A stretch of DNA of 64,000 bases from an uncultured actinomycete. GTDB taxonomy: Bacteria > Actinomycetota > Acidimicrobiia > Spongiisociales > UBA5794. Where the stretch lies: assembly GCA_942491345.1 (NCBI GenBank), contig CALOAN010000042.1:54587-118586 (forward strand). Direction: 5' to 3'. This document shows positions 48,301-58,296 of this stretch, piece after piece. The notes below the pieces were generated by a model, which was not told the origin of the DNA, did not search any database, and saw only the letters and a list, made by a program, of their open reading frames with translations. Position 1 is the stretch's first letter. Each line of letters begins with the position of its first letter. A program made the translations under genes and the position numbers.

Positions 48301-49914
48301 CTACCCGATCAGCTCCATCACGTCCGTTTCTTCCGGTGGGGCCGGCGGGCGGCGGCGGGCGGCCGCGGTGAGGATGTCGTAGAGGAACGAACCGAGGCTG
48401 AACGCGACCCCCGCGAACACCGCGGTTCCGAGCAGAACTGCCGCGATGCTCACGATGGTGGTCTGGCCCGGGAGGTTCGTCATCACCGCCCAAGCGATCA
48501 GGAAGGCTGCTGCGGCTCCGAGGACGGTCGGCGGTATCGCCCTCCCGGCGGTTCCCAGCACCTGCCGCAGCCGGGCGTGCCCGTCGGCTCCTCGATACCA
48601 GAGCAGCGCAAGTGCGCCCGTGTAGGCGAGAAGCGATAGCACGCTGGCAACGGCCACGCCGCGGATGCCGAATTCGTCGGCGAGCGCGAGATAGAGCGGG
48701 ATGGCGATGGCTGTGGTGACGGTGCCGACAATGACCGGGGTCCACATCGACCGGCGTGCGTAGAACGCGCGGGTGAGGATCTGCAGAGCGCCCCAGATCG
48801 GTATCGAGAAGGCGTAGAAGAAGAGCGCCGCCGCCGTGGCGGAACTGTCTGCCACATCAAACGCATACCGTTCGTACAGCGTCTGGACGACCGGCAGTGC
48901 CAGAGCGGCGAGCAGGCCGGCCGCACCGATTGAGAGTACGAGCACCCACCGCATCGCCTTGTCGACGGTGCTCTGCATGGCTCGAATCTTCCCTTCCGCG
49001 AACAGGCGCGACAAGAACGGGTAGGCAGCAACGGCGGCCGCCTGGGCGATGATCCCAACCGGCACGAGCATGGTGCGTCGGGCGTAGAGGAGATGGGTCT
49101 GGGTCCCATCGCCGACGAGGTCTCCGAAGATCGACATGAAGCTCTCATCGAGTGCCACAATCGACTGACCGATCATGAGTGGGATGGCCATCAGCACGTA
49201 CTGCTTGACGGCGCCCGAGAACCACCCGCCGGCGAAGTCGAAGTGCATACCGACTCTGCGTGCCCCCCACCACTGGACGGCGAGATTGCCGATGAATGCT
49301 CCCGCCACGGCGCCCCAGATGAACCCCTCCGGGTTGGCCGTTCCGGTGACCCAGGCGTAGATGACGCCGCCGGCGATGATGCCTACGTTGTAGATGATCG
49401 GAGCCAGCGTTGGGATCGTGAACACGCCCTGCGCGTACTGGACCGCCGCAAACATGGCACCCACCACGAACGCGAATTGCGCCGTCATGACGATCCGGGT
49501 GAGGCGGACGGTGGTGGACACCTGATCTGGCGTGAACTCGGGGTAGATCGTCTCGATGATCCATGGCGTCGCAATCCAGGCGGCGATGATCAGCGCCGTG
49601 ATGCCAATTGCCAGCCATCGTACGATCGATGAGAAGGCGCGCCAGCCGCCTTCTTGGTCATCATCCGCGAGGTACTTCGAGAAGATCGGGATGAACGTGA
49701 TCGTCAGGAACCCGCCGGCGAGCAGGTAGTTGGCATAGTCGGGGATCCGGAATGCGGCGACGTACTGGTCGGTGATGTTGTCGGCGCCGAGAAACGCTGC
49801 GAAGATCGCCTCGCGAACCACACCGAGCAACCGGGAGATCAGGATGCCGCCGGAGACGACGAGGGCAGCGACGCCGATCCTGCTCCGTTTCAGACGGTCC
49901 GTGGAGCGGCTCAT
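48301..49914 (-). CDS. murJ: lipid II flippase MurJ (MviN)
   Basis: AALVVSGGILISRLLGVVREAIFAAFLGA...DQYVAAFRIPD MurJ N-terminus; 14-TM profile. Confidence 0.8.
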   Translation of the reverse strand: MSRSTDRLKRSRIGVAALVVSGGILISRLLGVVREAIFAAFLGADNITDQYVAAFRIPDYANYLLAGGFLTITFIPIFSKYLADDDQEGGWRAFSSIVRWLAIGITALIIAAWIATPWIIETIYPEFTPDQVSTTVRLTRIVMTAQFAFVVGAMFAAVQYAQGVFTIPTLAPIIYNVGIIAGGVIYAWVTGTANPEGFIWGAVAGAFIGNLAVQWWGARRVGMHFDFAGGWFSGAVKQYVLMAIPLMIGQSIVALDESFMSIFGDLVGDGTQTHLLYARRTMLVPVGIIAQAAAVAAYPFLSRLFAEGKIRAMQSTVDKAMRWVLVLSIGAAGLLAALALPVVQTLYERYAFDVADSSATAAALFFYAFSIPIWGALQILTRAFYARRSMWTPVIVGTVTTAIAIPLYLALADEFGIRGVAVASVLSLLAYTGALALLWYRGADGHARLRQVLGTAGRAIPPTVLGAAAAFLIAWAVMTNLPGQTTIVSIAAVLLGTAVFAGVAFSLGSFLYDILTAAARRRPPAPPEETDVMELIG

Positions 49915-49957
49915 GTTCCTACGATCGTAGATCGTCGTCGCCCGAGAACGCGGTTAC

Positions 49958-50707
49958 TCACGCGAGGTCGCGTCGGCGGAGCACCATCGTGATCGCGGCG
50001 ATCGAGAGTGCGGCAATGAGTACCGTTCTGAAGAGCGCTGTGCCGAAACCCGAGAGGTTTGCGGCTCCGAAGTCTGCGAGTTCGAGAGCGTCCTCGGTTG
50101 GCGCGAGACCGGCGAAGGCCGACATGCCGATCCTCCACGGTGACAGCGCGGAGAGGCCGCTCAGGGCACTCACCACCGCGTTCTCGAAGATGAACACGAA
50201 GGCCAGGCCGATGAGCACAGCCCTGTCGGTGAAGAATCCGAGCGGCACGAACAGAGATGCATACACGATGCTTGCGAGGGTTCCACCAACGGCGAGCGGC
50301 ACGACGTAGCTCCACGATCCCGTCTCGATCCCGTAGACCACCGTCAGTGCGACGGCCCCGAAGATGTTGAGGCCGGCGGACACAATCACGGCGCCCCCGA
50401 ACTTCGAGAGGGCGATGACGGATCGCGGAATAGGGCGGAGCACCAGGAACGACAAGGTTCCGTCGCGGCGCTCATCGCCGAGAGCGGAGGCCGCGATGAT
50501 CAACGTCACGATTGGGACGAGGAGCGGGAAGTAGAGCGCGGCGACCATGATCAGGAACCTGTCGAGCGCTGCCTCCTGGGCCAGCGTCTGTGTCATGAGA
50601 AGGAGCACGCCGGCGGGTGCTAGTTCGCCGAGGCCGAACACGATCATTCGGCGCACGCCGAGCAGTTGCTTGATTGTCGTCGTGGTCATGGCCCATGCGG
50701 CTCGCAT
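49958..50707 (-). CDS. ABC-2-type transporter permease
   Basis: Six hydrophobic segments; translationally coupled to the upstream ATPase. Confidence 0.5.
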   Translation of the reverse strand: MRAAWAMTTTTIKQLLGVRRMIVFGLGELAPAGVLLLMTQTLAQEAALDRFLIMVAALYFPLLVPIVTLIIAASALGDERRDGTLSFLVLRPIPRSVIALSKFGGAVIVSAGLNIFGAVALTVVYGIETGSWSYVVPLAVGGTLASIVYASLFVPLGFFTDRAVLIGLAFVFIFENAVVSALSGLSALSPWRIGMSAFAGLAPTEDALELADFGAANLSGFGTALFRTVLIAALSIAAITMVLRRRDLA

Positions 50708-51645
50708 CAGCGCCTCACCAGGTAGCGGAAGACACTCTCGAGCGAGGCATCCTCGGGCTGGAAGGAGGTAATGAGCGCATCGACTTCTCGCGCGACGGCC
50801 GGAACCCGGCGTCCGAGCGACGCGAGATCGCTGGTTTCGACGTGCAGGATCCCCTCATCGACGGATACGCCGTGTACCAACGCCTCCTCGAGAAGCCGGG
50901 CCGCGAGCACCCGGGTGGAGTCAGATTCGATCCGGACCCGGTATGGGATGTCGGTCATGGCTTCACGAATCGCCGCCACGTCGCCGGCCGCTGCGAGCCG
51001 TCCGTCGACAATTGCGATCACGCGATCCGACATGCGATCGACCTCGTCGAGAATATGGGATGAGACGATCACGGTCCGTCCCTCTTCACCGAGGCGTTGG
51101 AACAGGTTGATGAGGTGGAGACGCTGCACCGGGTCGGTCCCGTTGAGCGGTTCATCGAGGAGGAGAATCTGCGGATCGCTGACGAGTGCTGCGGCGACCT
51201 TGGCCCTTTGGCGCATGCCCTTTGAATAGCCGGCGAGCTTGCGGTCGGCCGGTTCGCCGAGTGCAACCGTTTCGATTGCGCGGGCGGTTGCTTCCTCGAC
51301 GTCGGTGACACTTGCGAGGGTTGCCGCGTACCGGACGTACTCGCGTGCCGTGAGGGAGGGATAGACGGCTGCTTCCTCCGGAACCAACCCGACATTGGCG
51401 TACACCGAAGGGGAGGTCCTCGGCCATACGCCCAACACTCGCACCGAACCCTGTGAAGGCCGGATCAAGCCGGTGAGCATGCGGAGCATCGTTGTCTTGC
51501 CGGCCCCGTTCGGGCCGAGCAATCCGGTGACACCGGGTCCGAAAGAGCAGGTCACGTTGGAGACGGCCACCTTCTGTCCGAACCACTTCGAGGCATCGTC
51601 CAGTTCAACGGTGGGCGATTCGACAAGCGCGGGGTTGGTGGTCAC
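50707..51645 (-). CDS. ABC transporter ATP-binding protein with a C-terminal extension
   Basis: Walker A GPNGAGKTT, signature and Walker B LLLDEP; GTGA overlap with the upstream permease stop. Confidence 0.7.
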   Translation of the reverse strand: MTTNPALVESPTVELDDASKWFGQKVAVSNVTCSFGPGVTGLLGPNGAGKTTMLRMLTGLIRPSQGSVRVLGVWPRTSPSVYANVGLVPEEAAVYPSLTAREYVRYAATLASVTDVEEATARAIETVALGEPADRKLAGYSKGMRQRAKVAAALVSDPQILLLDEPLNGTDPVQRLHLINLFQRLGEEGRTVIVSSHILDEVDRMSDRVIAIVDGRLAAAGDVAAIREAMTDIPYRVRIESDSTRVLAARLLEEALVHGVSVDEGILHVETSDLASLGRRVPAVAREVDALITSFQPEDASLESVFRYLVRR

Positions 51646-52535
51646 ATCAGCCTCCGGTAGCGCCACACCACAAAGATCGAAGATGCAACGGCGACCACTG
51701 CGATCACGGCGAGAGAGACCCAGGGATCGAACCCGGCGCTGGACATCACGGCCTCGCTGGAACCGGTGAGCCCGAAGATCCAATCTCGAACGAAGTCCGG
51801 GTGGTCACCGATCGAGAGGAGGGCCGCGTAGCGGCTCCCCGGGACCGACGTTGCCTCGACGAGTGCTGCGGCAAGGCCCGTTCCGACGAACAGCACGCCG
51901 AGGTAGATGCCGGTAGCCGCTGCCTTGCGAGACGCCACGGTCGAAACCAGGAGAGCGAGTGGTGCGATGGCAAGTGCGTAGACGACGGCGGCGGCAAGGA
52001 TCTTCGGGATTTCGTCGGCGTTGTCCAGGAGGGCACTGAAGAAGCCGGACGGCGAGAGTGCGGCGAATCCGATGTACATCAGCACCTGCGGGATCAGCAT
52101 GAAGCCGGCAACAACGGTGAGCAGCGAGGCGGCCCGGGTCCCGATGTAGTCATCCGGCATGAGAGGGCGTGACGAGTAAATGGAGAGAACTCCTTCTCTT
52201 CGATCGGGGATCAGGAGCTCCGGTCCTGCGAGGGCCACGAACAGCAGGACCACGCCGCCCGTGATCGAGAAGTACTCACCATGGCCGCCGAAGGGTGAGT
52301 CGGCCTCCGGTGAGAATGTCGACAGGAGGAACGCAAACCCGACAAACACGGTTGCGGGCAGAATCGCCAGCACGACGAGCGTCCAGGGCAAGACCTTCTT
52401 CCGCGCCCTGCGGCGGATCCCGAATACCCGAAATACCCCGTCGCGATATGTCGTCGCAATGGCGCCACGCCGCGCCCGGCGCTCTCCTTCGTAAGGGACG
52501 TATCCGAGGTCGTAGACGACACCCTTGTCGGTCAC
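51642..52535 (-). CDS. ABC-2-type transporter permease
   Basis: Multi-TM; 4-nt overlaps with flanking ATPase genes. Confidence 0.5.
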   Translation of the reverse strand: MTDKGVVYDLGYVPYEGERRARRGAIATTYRDGVFRVFGIRRRARKKVLPWTLVVLAILPATVFVGFAFLLSTFSPEADSPFGGHGEYFSITGGVVLLFVALAGPELLIPDRREGVLSIYSSRPLMPDDYIGTRAASLLTVVAGFMLIPQVLMYIGFAALSPSGFFSALLDNADEIPKILAAAVVYALAIAPLALLVSTVASRKAAATGIYLGVLFVGTGLAAALVEATSVPGSRYAALLSIGDHPDFVRDWIFGLTGSSEAVMSSAGFDPWVSLAVIAVVAVASSIFVVWRYRRLM

Positions 52536-53440
52536 GATTCGCTCCCTTCCAGGAACACGTCCTCGAGCGTCGTGGCTTTCGGCCCCATCGATCGCATCCC
52601 GGTACCAGTCTCGGCCAGTGCGTCTCGCACGAGCCGGAACGGATCGTCGGTTGTGGTTGAGACGTGGAGCCGTGGGCCGGTTGCATCGACGGCCGCGCCG
52701 GCGGCGATGAGGTGTTGAACCACAACATCCGGATCGCCGATGACCTCAACCGCGACAACGTCGACGTCAACGAGATGTGACAGAGGCCCCGATCGCAGCA
52801 CGCGACCGCCGTCGAGCATGAGCACCCAATCACACGTGCGCTCGATGTCGCCGAGCACATGCGACGAGACCAGTACGTTGATGCCGAAGCCGCCGAGTCG
52901 CGATATCAGCTCCAGCATCTCCTCACGGCCCTCCGGATCAAGGCCTGCGGTTGGTTCGTCGAGGAACACCAGCTCTGGATCGTGCACGATTGCCTGGGCA
53001 AGCTTGGTGCGCTGCTTCATGCCTGTCGAGAAGCCCTCGATCGGACGGAAGCGTTCCTCCTCGAGGCCGACGAGGGTGAGGATGTCTGAGGCCCGTTGGC
53101 GGGCGGCATTCGCTGGGAGGCCCGCGAGGCCGGCGGCGTACACGACGAAGTTCGCCGCGGTGATATCGAGCGGGAGGCAGTCGCTCTCCGGCATATACCC
53201 AATCCGGGATCGGATATCGAGCATGTCGCTCGTCGCGTTGAAACCAAGGACCGAGGCCGAGCCGACGGTTGGTTTGAGAATGCCCAGGAGGATCTTGATC
53301 AGCGTGGTCTTGCCCGCGCCGTTGGCGCCGACGAGCCCGATCCGCCCTGGAGGCAAATCGAAGTCGACGCCGTGCAGCGCAACGATGGAGCCGTACGCAA
53401 GGCCGAGATCGCGAGCTGAGAGAATGGGGGATTCAGACAT
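52532..53440 (-). CDS. ABC transporter ATP-binding protein
   Basis: GANGAGKTTLIKIL Walker A; FSTGMKQRTKLAQA signature; VFLDEPTAGLD Walker B. Confidence 0.75.
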   Translation of the reverse strand: MSESPILSARDLGLAYGSIVALHGVDFDLPPGRIGLVGANGAGKTTLIKILLGILKPTVGSASVLGFNATSDMLDIRSRIGYMPESDCLPLDITAANFVVYAAGLAGLPANAARQRASDILTLVGLEEERFRPIEGFSTGMKQRTKLAQAIVHDPELVFLDEPTAGLDPEGREEMLELISRLGGFGINVLVSSHVLGDIERTCDWVLMLDGGRVLRSGPLSHLVDVDVVAVEVIGDPDVVVQHLIAAGAAVDATGPRLHVSTTTDDPFRLVRDALAETGTGMRSMGPKATTLEDVFLEGSES

Positions 53441-53705
53441 GACGGCACCATGCTCGCAGATCTGGGAGGTTGCCGGGTCGAGAGTCGTGAAGAGCGAGTC
53501 GCCAGTCGGATCGTCGTGAGCGAGGCCCTGGTGCGCGCCGCTTGACGCGAGTTCGGTTCTCGCCCTGAGGGTGAGTGTGCGCGGTCACGGGCGAATCATG
53601 CCCGAGCTGCCGGCTGCTCGCCATCGGGGATCCACCCCGTTCGACCCCGACACGGCGCTGAGAATCAGGGCTCTCGGTGGCCGGCTGCCGGGTGCCGGAT
53701 TCCGA

Positions 53706-54599
53706 CTACCGGGCGGCGGCCCTCGTTCTGCCGGCTCGGTCGGTGATGACCATGCCGGCGAGGATCAGTGCTCCGCCGATGGCGATGCCGGACTCAATCT
53801 GCTCTCCAAGGAGGACAACACCAGCGACGAGCGAGACGAGCGGGACAAGGTATCCGACCAGCGAAACGGTGGTCACCGGCGCCGACTCGATCAGGCGGTA
53901 ATAGAGGTAGAACGGCAAGAACGTGGAAGCCACTGCCATGTAGAGCACGAGCGCCCAACCCGGGGCCGTCAAGGAATCCGGAAGACCTTCAAACCACAGC
54001 ATGGCCGGGATCAGAACGACGGTGGAGAGCGAGAACTGGAGGCCGGTGATTTCGAGAGGGTCGTAGCGGCCCGCGTACCGCTTGGCATACGCTCCGGCGT
54101 ATCCGATCGCCGCCACCGATATCAGGGCGAGCACCGCCGCGACGAGTGGCCGACCCTCGGATCCGAGGCCCGAATCGCCGGAGACGAGCAGGGCGGCCAC
54201 TCCTATGAATCCGATTGCAAGTCCGACGATCTTTCCCGCGTTGAGCCTCTCGTCGATGAGCATGAAGTTGGCGTAGACCGCTGTGGCGAGGGGGATGAGA
54301 GCTGCGAACAGGCCGACGAAGCCGGCAGACGCCTCCTCGTACGCAAAGGTGAAGAGGACGTATGGGATCAACAGGTTGGTGACCGCCAGCACGGCGCCGA
54401 TCTTCACTGTCAGCCGGTCCGGTCGGCGGAGTCCTTTGGTGGCGAGGAAGGCAATGACGAGGATCGCCGCGATGGCTACTCGCAGCGCAACGGTCGTCCA
54501 GGGACCGACTCCTTCATCGAAGGCGGCTCGGACGGCGACCCCTCCCGTTCCCCAGCCAACGGCAGCAACAACGAACGCGATCCAGGCCGAGCGGCTCAT
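53706..54599 (-). CDS. DMT superfamily (EamA-like) transporter
   Basis: 10-TM profile with two EamA-like halves. Confidence 0.6.
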   Translation of the reverse strand: MSRSAWIAFVVAAVGWGTGGVAVRAAFDEGVGPWTTVALRVAIAAILVIAFLATKGLRRPDRLTVKIGAVLAVTNLLIPYVLFTFAYEEASAGFVGLFAALIPLATAVYANFMLIDERLNAGKIVGLAIGFIGVAALLVSGDSGLGSEGRPLVAAVLALISVAAIGYAGAYAKRYAGRYDPLEITGLQFSLSTVVLIPAMLWFEGLPDSLTAPGWALVLYMAVASTFLPFYLYYRLIESAPVTTVSLVGYLVPLVSLVAGVVLLGEQIESGIAIGGALILAGMVITDRAGRTRAAAR

Positions 54600-54626
54600 C
54601 TCGACTTCAGCCCTACCGTGTGTGGC

Positions 54627-55394
54627 TCATCGGCGACGCCCCCGCCATCCCCGCACCACATACCGCCAGAACGATGATGTTTCTGTGACCGGCACAGGTG
54701 GTGTTTGACCCTCTCCGTCTGCGGCGGTTCCGGAGTCCGGAATGGGTTCGGATGATGCTTGGCCGCCTCCGTCAGCCGATGCGGCGGTTTCGGGGCTCGC
54801 GGCGGGGGCGATTGGTGTGTGACCCCCTCCGCCGTCGTGGCTCGCAGCTGGTGGTTGGTAGCTCGACGCTTCTCTCAGCTCCGCCAGCCGTTCGCGCAGG
54901 AACAGGGCCTCCGTCTCCGCCTTCGCGGCCCGTTCTCTCGCTTCGGCGAGTTGCTGCCCGGCTTCGTGCAGGTTGCCGAGCTGATTGAGCATCTTGTTCC
55001 AAGCATCGACTGGGACAATCATCGTCGCCGGCTCCGGCGGCCGAGCAGGCGTCTCCTGTCTCGTGTCTCGTGTGTCGTGTCTCGTGTCTCGATGCTCTCG
55101 ACTCGCGTCGGGCTCGCGGCGACTGGTATCTCTCTTCGCCCTCACCGACCCCATCTCCACCATCCGCAGTGTCAGCTCTCCGTCCGATTCGAGGTAGGTG
55201 TCCACCGTGTCGCGGCGGCACCATTTCCTCAGAGTGCCAATCGGGATACCCGTGAGTTCGGAGGCTTCGCGTAGCGTGCGCCATTCACCGCTGCGCGGTG
55301 CGGAGTCGCGGTCCTGGGAGACGGCGGGTCGGCCTCGTTTGCGATCGCGTGATTCACGCATCGCTTCGGTCTCCCATCGTTTCGCTGCATCCAT
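54627..55394 (-). CDS. MerR-like HTH DNA-binding protein with a low-complexity DTRH-heptad linker and a C-terminal coiled coil; start uncertain
   Basis: WRTLREASELTGIPIGTLRKWCRR HTH; REHRDTRHDTRDTRQET encoded by (GTCTCGT)n; LAEARERAAKAETEALFLRERLAELRE coiled coil. Confidence 0.45.
   Translation of the reverse strand: MDAAKRWETEAMRESRDRKRGRPAVSQDRDSAPRSGEWRTLREASELTGIPIGTLRKWCRRDTVDTYLESDGELTLRMVEMGSVRAKRDTSRREPDASREHRDTRHDTRDTRQETPARPPEPATMIVPVDAWNKMLNQLGNLHEAGQQLAEARERAAKAETEALFLRERLAELREASSYQPPAASHDGGGGHTPIAPAASPETAASADGGGQASSEPIPDSGTAADGEGQTPPVPVTETSSFWRYVVRGWRGRRR
55046..55092. repeat. (GTCTCGT)n heptanucleotide microsatellite (about 6 units) inside the MerR-like coding region
   Basis: ctgtctcgtgtctcgtgtgtcgtgtctcgtgtctcg read directly; same heptamer as at 48.25 kb. 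Confidence 0.85.
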
Positions 55395-55452
55395 GAGGTT
55401 CGAGGCTAGCGGCCGGCGGTTCGGCGGGATCGGGATCCGGCAGGCTCCTAGG

Positions 55453-56079
55453 ATGGTGGTCACACGACTCAGGATTGAGCATATGCCGGAAGAGCCGCCG
55501 CAACTCGCAGACGAAGTACGAGGACTCGTGCGGAGCATCGTTACCGGCGTGCTCGACGACGCCGGGCGTATCCCGCCACTGCCGGAGCGTGAAGCGCCGA
55601 CACCTGGGGCAGGCGGTTTCGAGACAATCGCTGTCGGCGCCGACCACGGCGGATTCCCGTTGAAGGAGCGAATCGCGTTTCGGCTCAAGGAGACCGGGCA
55701 CGACGTGCACGACTGCGGCACCGATTCCACGGACGCCGTCGACTATCCCGACTACGCCCATGAGGTGGCGCGCCTCGTTGCGGACGGCACGTGCGGGTCG
55801 GGCATTATCGTTGATGGCGCGGGCATTGGCTCCGCGATGGTCGCGAACAAGGTCCCTGGAGTGAGGGCTGCGCTGTGCTATGACCTCTCGAGCGCTCGCA
55901 ATAGCCGCGAACACAACCACGCCAATGTGCTCACGCTCGGCGCCGGCCTCATCGGACCAAACCTCGCTCTGCAGATCGTCGAGGAATGGCTTGCGACGCC
56001 GTGGGGCGAAGGTCGTCACGCCGATCGAGTTGCCAAGATCACAGCCATCGAACACCGATACGCCGGGGGGTCTCCGTGA
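55453..56079 (+). CDS. rpiB: ribose-5-phosphate isomerase B with an N-terminal amphipathic extension (putative BMC encapsulation peptide)
   Basis: [19 protein letters not shown]...[19 protein letters not shown] RpiB/LacAB core; N-terminal [16 protein letters not shown] helix. Confidence 0.75.
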   Translation: MVVTRLRIEHMPEEPPQLADEVRGLVRSIVTGVLDDAGRIPPLPEREAPTPGAGGFETIAVGADHGGFPLKERIAFRLKETGHDVHDCGTDSTDAVDYPDYAHEVARLVADGTCGSGIIVDGAGIGSAMVANKVPGVRAALCYDLSSARNSREHNHANVLTLGAGLIGPNLALQIVEEWLATPWGEGRHADRVAKITAIEHRYAGGSP

Positions 56080-56924
56080 CCAGCGACATCCTCGACCGGG
56101 AGATCCTGGTTGAACTCATAACCAAAGAAGTGCTGACCGCCCTTTCGGAGCGCTCTGACATCTGCAAGAACCCCGAGGCGGTTCGCCAGGTTGTCGCGAA
56201 CGGCGCCGACCGTGTTGCATTCCACGGAACTGCGGCGGACGTACCGATCGACGTTGCGAAGTACATCGACCACACGCTCCTGAAACCGGAAGCAACGGCC
56301 GACGAGATCGACGTTTTGTGTGACGAAGCAATGGAGTTCGGGTTCGCCTCGGTCTGCGTCAATCCAACGTGGGTCAAGCGGGCGGCGGACCGCCTCCGCG
56401 GTTCCGAGGTCGTGACGTGTTCGGTGATCGGGTTCCCACTCGGTGCATCGACGCCCGAGATCAAAGCTATGGAAGCCCGGCGGGCCCTCCGGGACGGCGC
56501 GCGTGAGGTCGACATGGTCCTCAATGTCGGGGCGCTCAAGTCGGGTGATCTCGAACTCGTCCGCACGGATATCGAGAAGGTGGTTGACTCGGCGCACGAA
56601 GCCGGAGCGATCGTCAAGGTGATCCTCGAGACGTCGAAGCTCACCGACGAAGAGAAGGTGATCGCTTCTGCGCTGGCGAAGCAGGCGAAGGCCGACTACG
56701 TGAAGACCTCGACCGGCTTCGGCGGCGGGGGGGCGACCGTCTATGACGTCGCCCTGATGCGAGAGACGGTTGGGCCGGAGATGGGCATCAAGGCTTCCGG
56801 AGGAGTCCACACTGCCCAAGAGGCGGAAGACATGATTGCGGCCGGGGCGACCAGAATCGGGGCGTCGGCCGGTGTACAGATTGTTGCGGGATCGGAAGGA
56901 GACGCCGGTGGCAAAGGGTATTGA
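56076..56924 (+). CDS. deoC: deoxyribose-phosphate aldolase with an N-terminal amphipathic extension (putative encapsulation peptide)
   Basis: [11 protein letters not shown]...FASVCVNP...[13 protein letters not shown]...[10 protein letters not shown] DeoC motifs; N-terminal [16 protein letters not shown] helix; GTGA overlap with rpiB. Confidence 0.8.
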   Translation: MTSDILDREILVELITKEVLTALSERSDICKNPEAVRQVVANGADRVAFHGTAADVPIDVAKYIDHTLLKPEATADEIDVLCDEAMEFGFASVCVNPTWVKRAADRLRGSEVVTCSVIGFPLGASTPEIKAMEARRALRDGAREVDMVLNVGALKSGDLELVRTDIEKVVDSAHEAGAIVKVILETSKLTDEEKVIASALAKQAKADYVKTSTGFGGGGATVYDVALMRETVGPEMGIKASGGVHTAQEAEDMIAAGATRIGASAGVQIVAGSEGDAGGKGY

Positions 56925-57534
56925 GGTCCGGTCGTACACCTTCCTGGACTCACTACAACCGCAATACGCCGCATTTCTCGGCACCGTGGCGCAGGGGTTC
57001 CTCCCGCTCGCGGGTGACGCGTCCCTCTTCGTGGAGGTGGCTCCCGGCATCGAGATCAACCGACTCACCGACGTCGCGCTGAAGGCGACCACCGTCAGAC
57101 CGGGGATGCAGATCATCGAGCGCTACTACGGCCTGCTCGAGGTCCACTCGCCGGATCAGGCTGAGACGAGGGCGGCAGGGGCGGCGATTCTCGAGTCGGT
57201 GGATCATGTCGAGACCGACCGACTCAAGCCGAAGATCCTGTCATCGCAGATCATTCGTCGGATCGACGACCATCACGCGCAGCTGATCAATCGAACCCGG
57301 CATGGGCAGTTGATCATCCCCGGCCAGACTCTCTACGTCCTCGAGTGTGAACCGGCCGCGTATGCCTCGCTGGCGGCGAACGAGGCTGAGAAGGCCGCCG
57401 AGATCAACGTCCTCGAGGTTCGCTCGCACGGCTCCATGGGCCGCATCTACCTCGGTGGCGAGGAACGGGACATCGATGTCGGCTGGAGAGCCGCCGTTGC
57501 CGCCCTCGAGGGCCTTGACGGGCGGGTTGTGTGA
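56908..57534 (+). CDS. tandem BMC-domain shell protein (BMC-T, probably permuted)
   Basis: Two BMC-like halves (EVRSYTFLD...; [34 protein letters not shown]); AGGAGA RBS then GTG. Confidence 0.55.
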   Translation: MAKGIEVRSYTFLDSLQPQYAAFLGTVAQGFLPLAGDASLFVEVAPGIEINRLTDVALKATTVRPGMQIIERYYGLLEVHSPDQAETRAAGAAILESVDHVETDRLKPKILSSQIIRRIDDHHAQLINRTRHGQLIIPGQTLYVLECEPAAYASLAANEAEKAAEINVLEVRSHGSMGRIYLGGEERDIDVGWRAAVAALEGLDGRVV

Positions 57535-57663
57535 CGGTGAGCAGCAAGTAGTCAGCAGCAAGTAGCGGGTAGCGAACAGGGCTGAGGAGTGCGGAAACCA
57601 CCGCTCACCCGGCCGTCGGCAGTTGCCTAGAGTCAGAAACTAACCACAGAGGGAGACAACCAG

Positions 57664-57966
57664 ATGGCTGAAGCGCTTGGGATGATTGAATGCCGGAGTT
57701 TTGCGGCGATGGTGGAATCGGCCGATGCAATGGTGAAGGCGGCCAAGGTAGAACTCGTTTCGTACGAGGAGACCGGTGGCGGCTACGTGACCGCCATCGT
57801 TCGTGGTGACGTCGCTGCAGTGAAGGCCGCAGTCGATGCCGGCATACGCGGCGCAGAGAAGGTCGGCGAGGTCATCTCGACCCACGTGATCGCCCGTCCC
57901 CATCTCAACATCGACCTGGTGCTCCCGCTCGGACGAGCGGATCAGGCGGCAGAAGAACTCGGTTGA
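57664..57966 (+). CDS. BMC-H hexameric shell protein (PduA/EutM/CcmK-like)
   Basis: EALGMIECRSFAAMVESADAMVKAAKVELVSYEETGGGYVTAIVRGDVAAVKAAVDAG canonical BMC domain. Confidence 0.85.
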   Translation: MAEALGMIECRSFAAMVESADAMVKAAKVELVSYEETGGGYVTAIVRGDVAAVKAAVDAGIRGAEKVGEVISTHVIARPHLNIDLVLPLGRADQAAEELG

Positions 57967-58001
57967 GCCCGACTGCTTCGTACCCCCAGGAGGTGGAATA
58001 G

Positions 58002-58289
58002 ATGCAGCTCGGGAGGGTCACCGGCACACTTGTGTCGAGTCGCAAAGAGCCCCTCATGGAGGGGATGACGTTCCTCGTGGTCCGACAGATCAACGCCGAC
58101 AACACCGACACCGACTCGTACGTTGTTGCCGTCGATGCCGTGGGAGCCGGGGTCGGCGAGGTCGTCATGTACGCCTCCGGCAGCTCTGCACGGCAGACTG
58201 AAGGCACGAAAGACAAACCCTGCGACGCCGTGATCATGGCGATCGTCGACACGTGGGAGATCGACGGCGAGACGGTGTTCGTGAAGTGA
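58002..58289 (+). CDS. BMC-P pentameric vertex protein (EutN/CcmL/PduN-like)
   Basis: [13 protein letters not shown]...[21 protein letters not shown] EutN/CcmL fold signature. Confidence 0.8.
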   Translation: MQLGRVTGTLVSSRKEPLMEGMTFLVVRQINADNTDTDSYVVAVDAVGAGVGEVVMYASGSSARQTEGTKDKPCDAVIMAIVDTWEIDGETVFVK

Positions 58290-58296
58290 GCCACCG

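Noticed and set aside
56908-57534. Alternative call of the first shell gene as a single-domain BMC-H with a long N-terminal extension
   Set aside because: Both halves show BMC-like secondary-structure motifs and the length (~209 aa) fits a tandem or permuted BMC-T; kept as BMC-T with moderate confidence.
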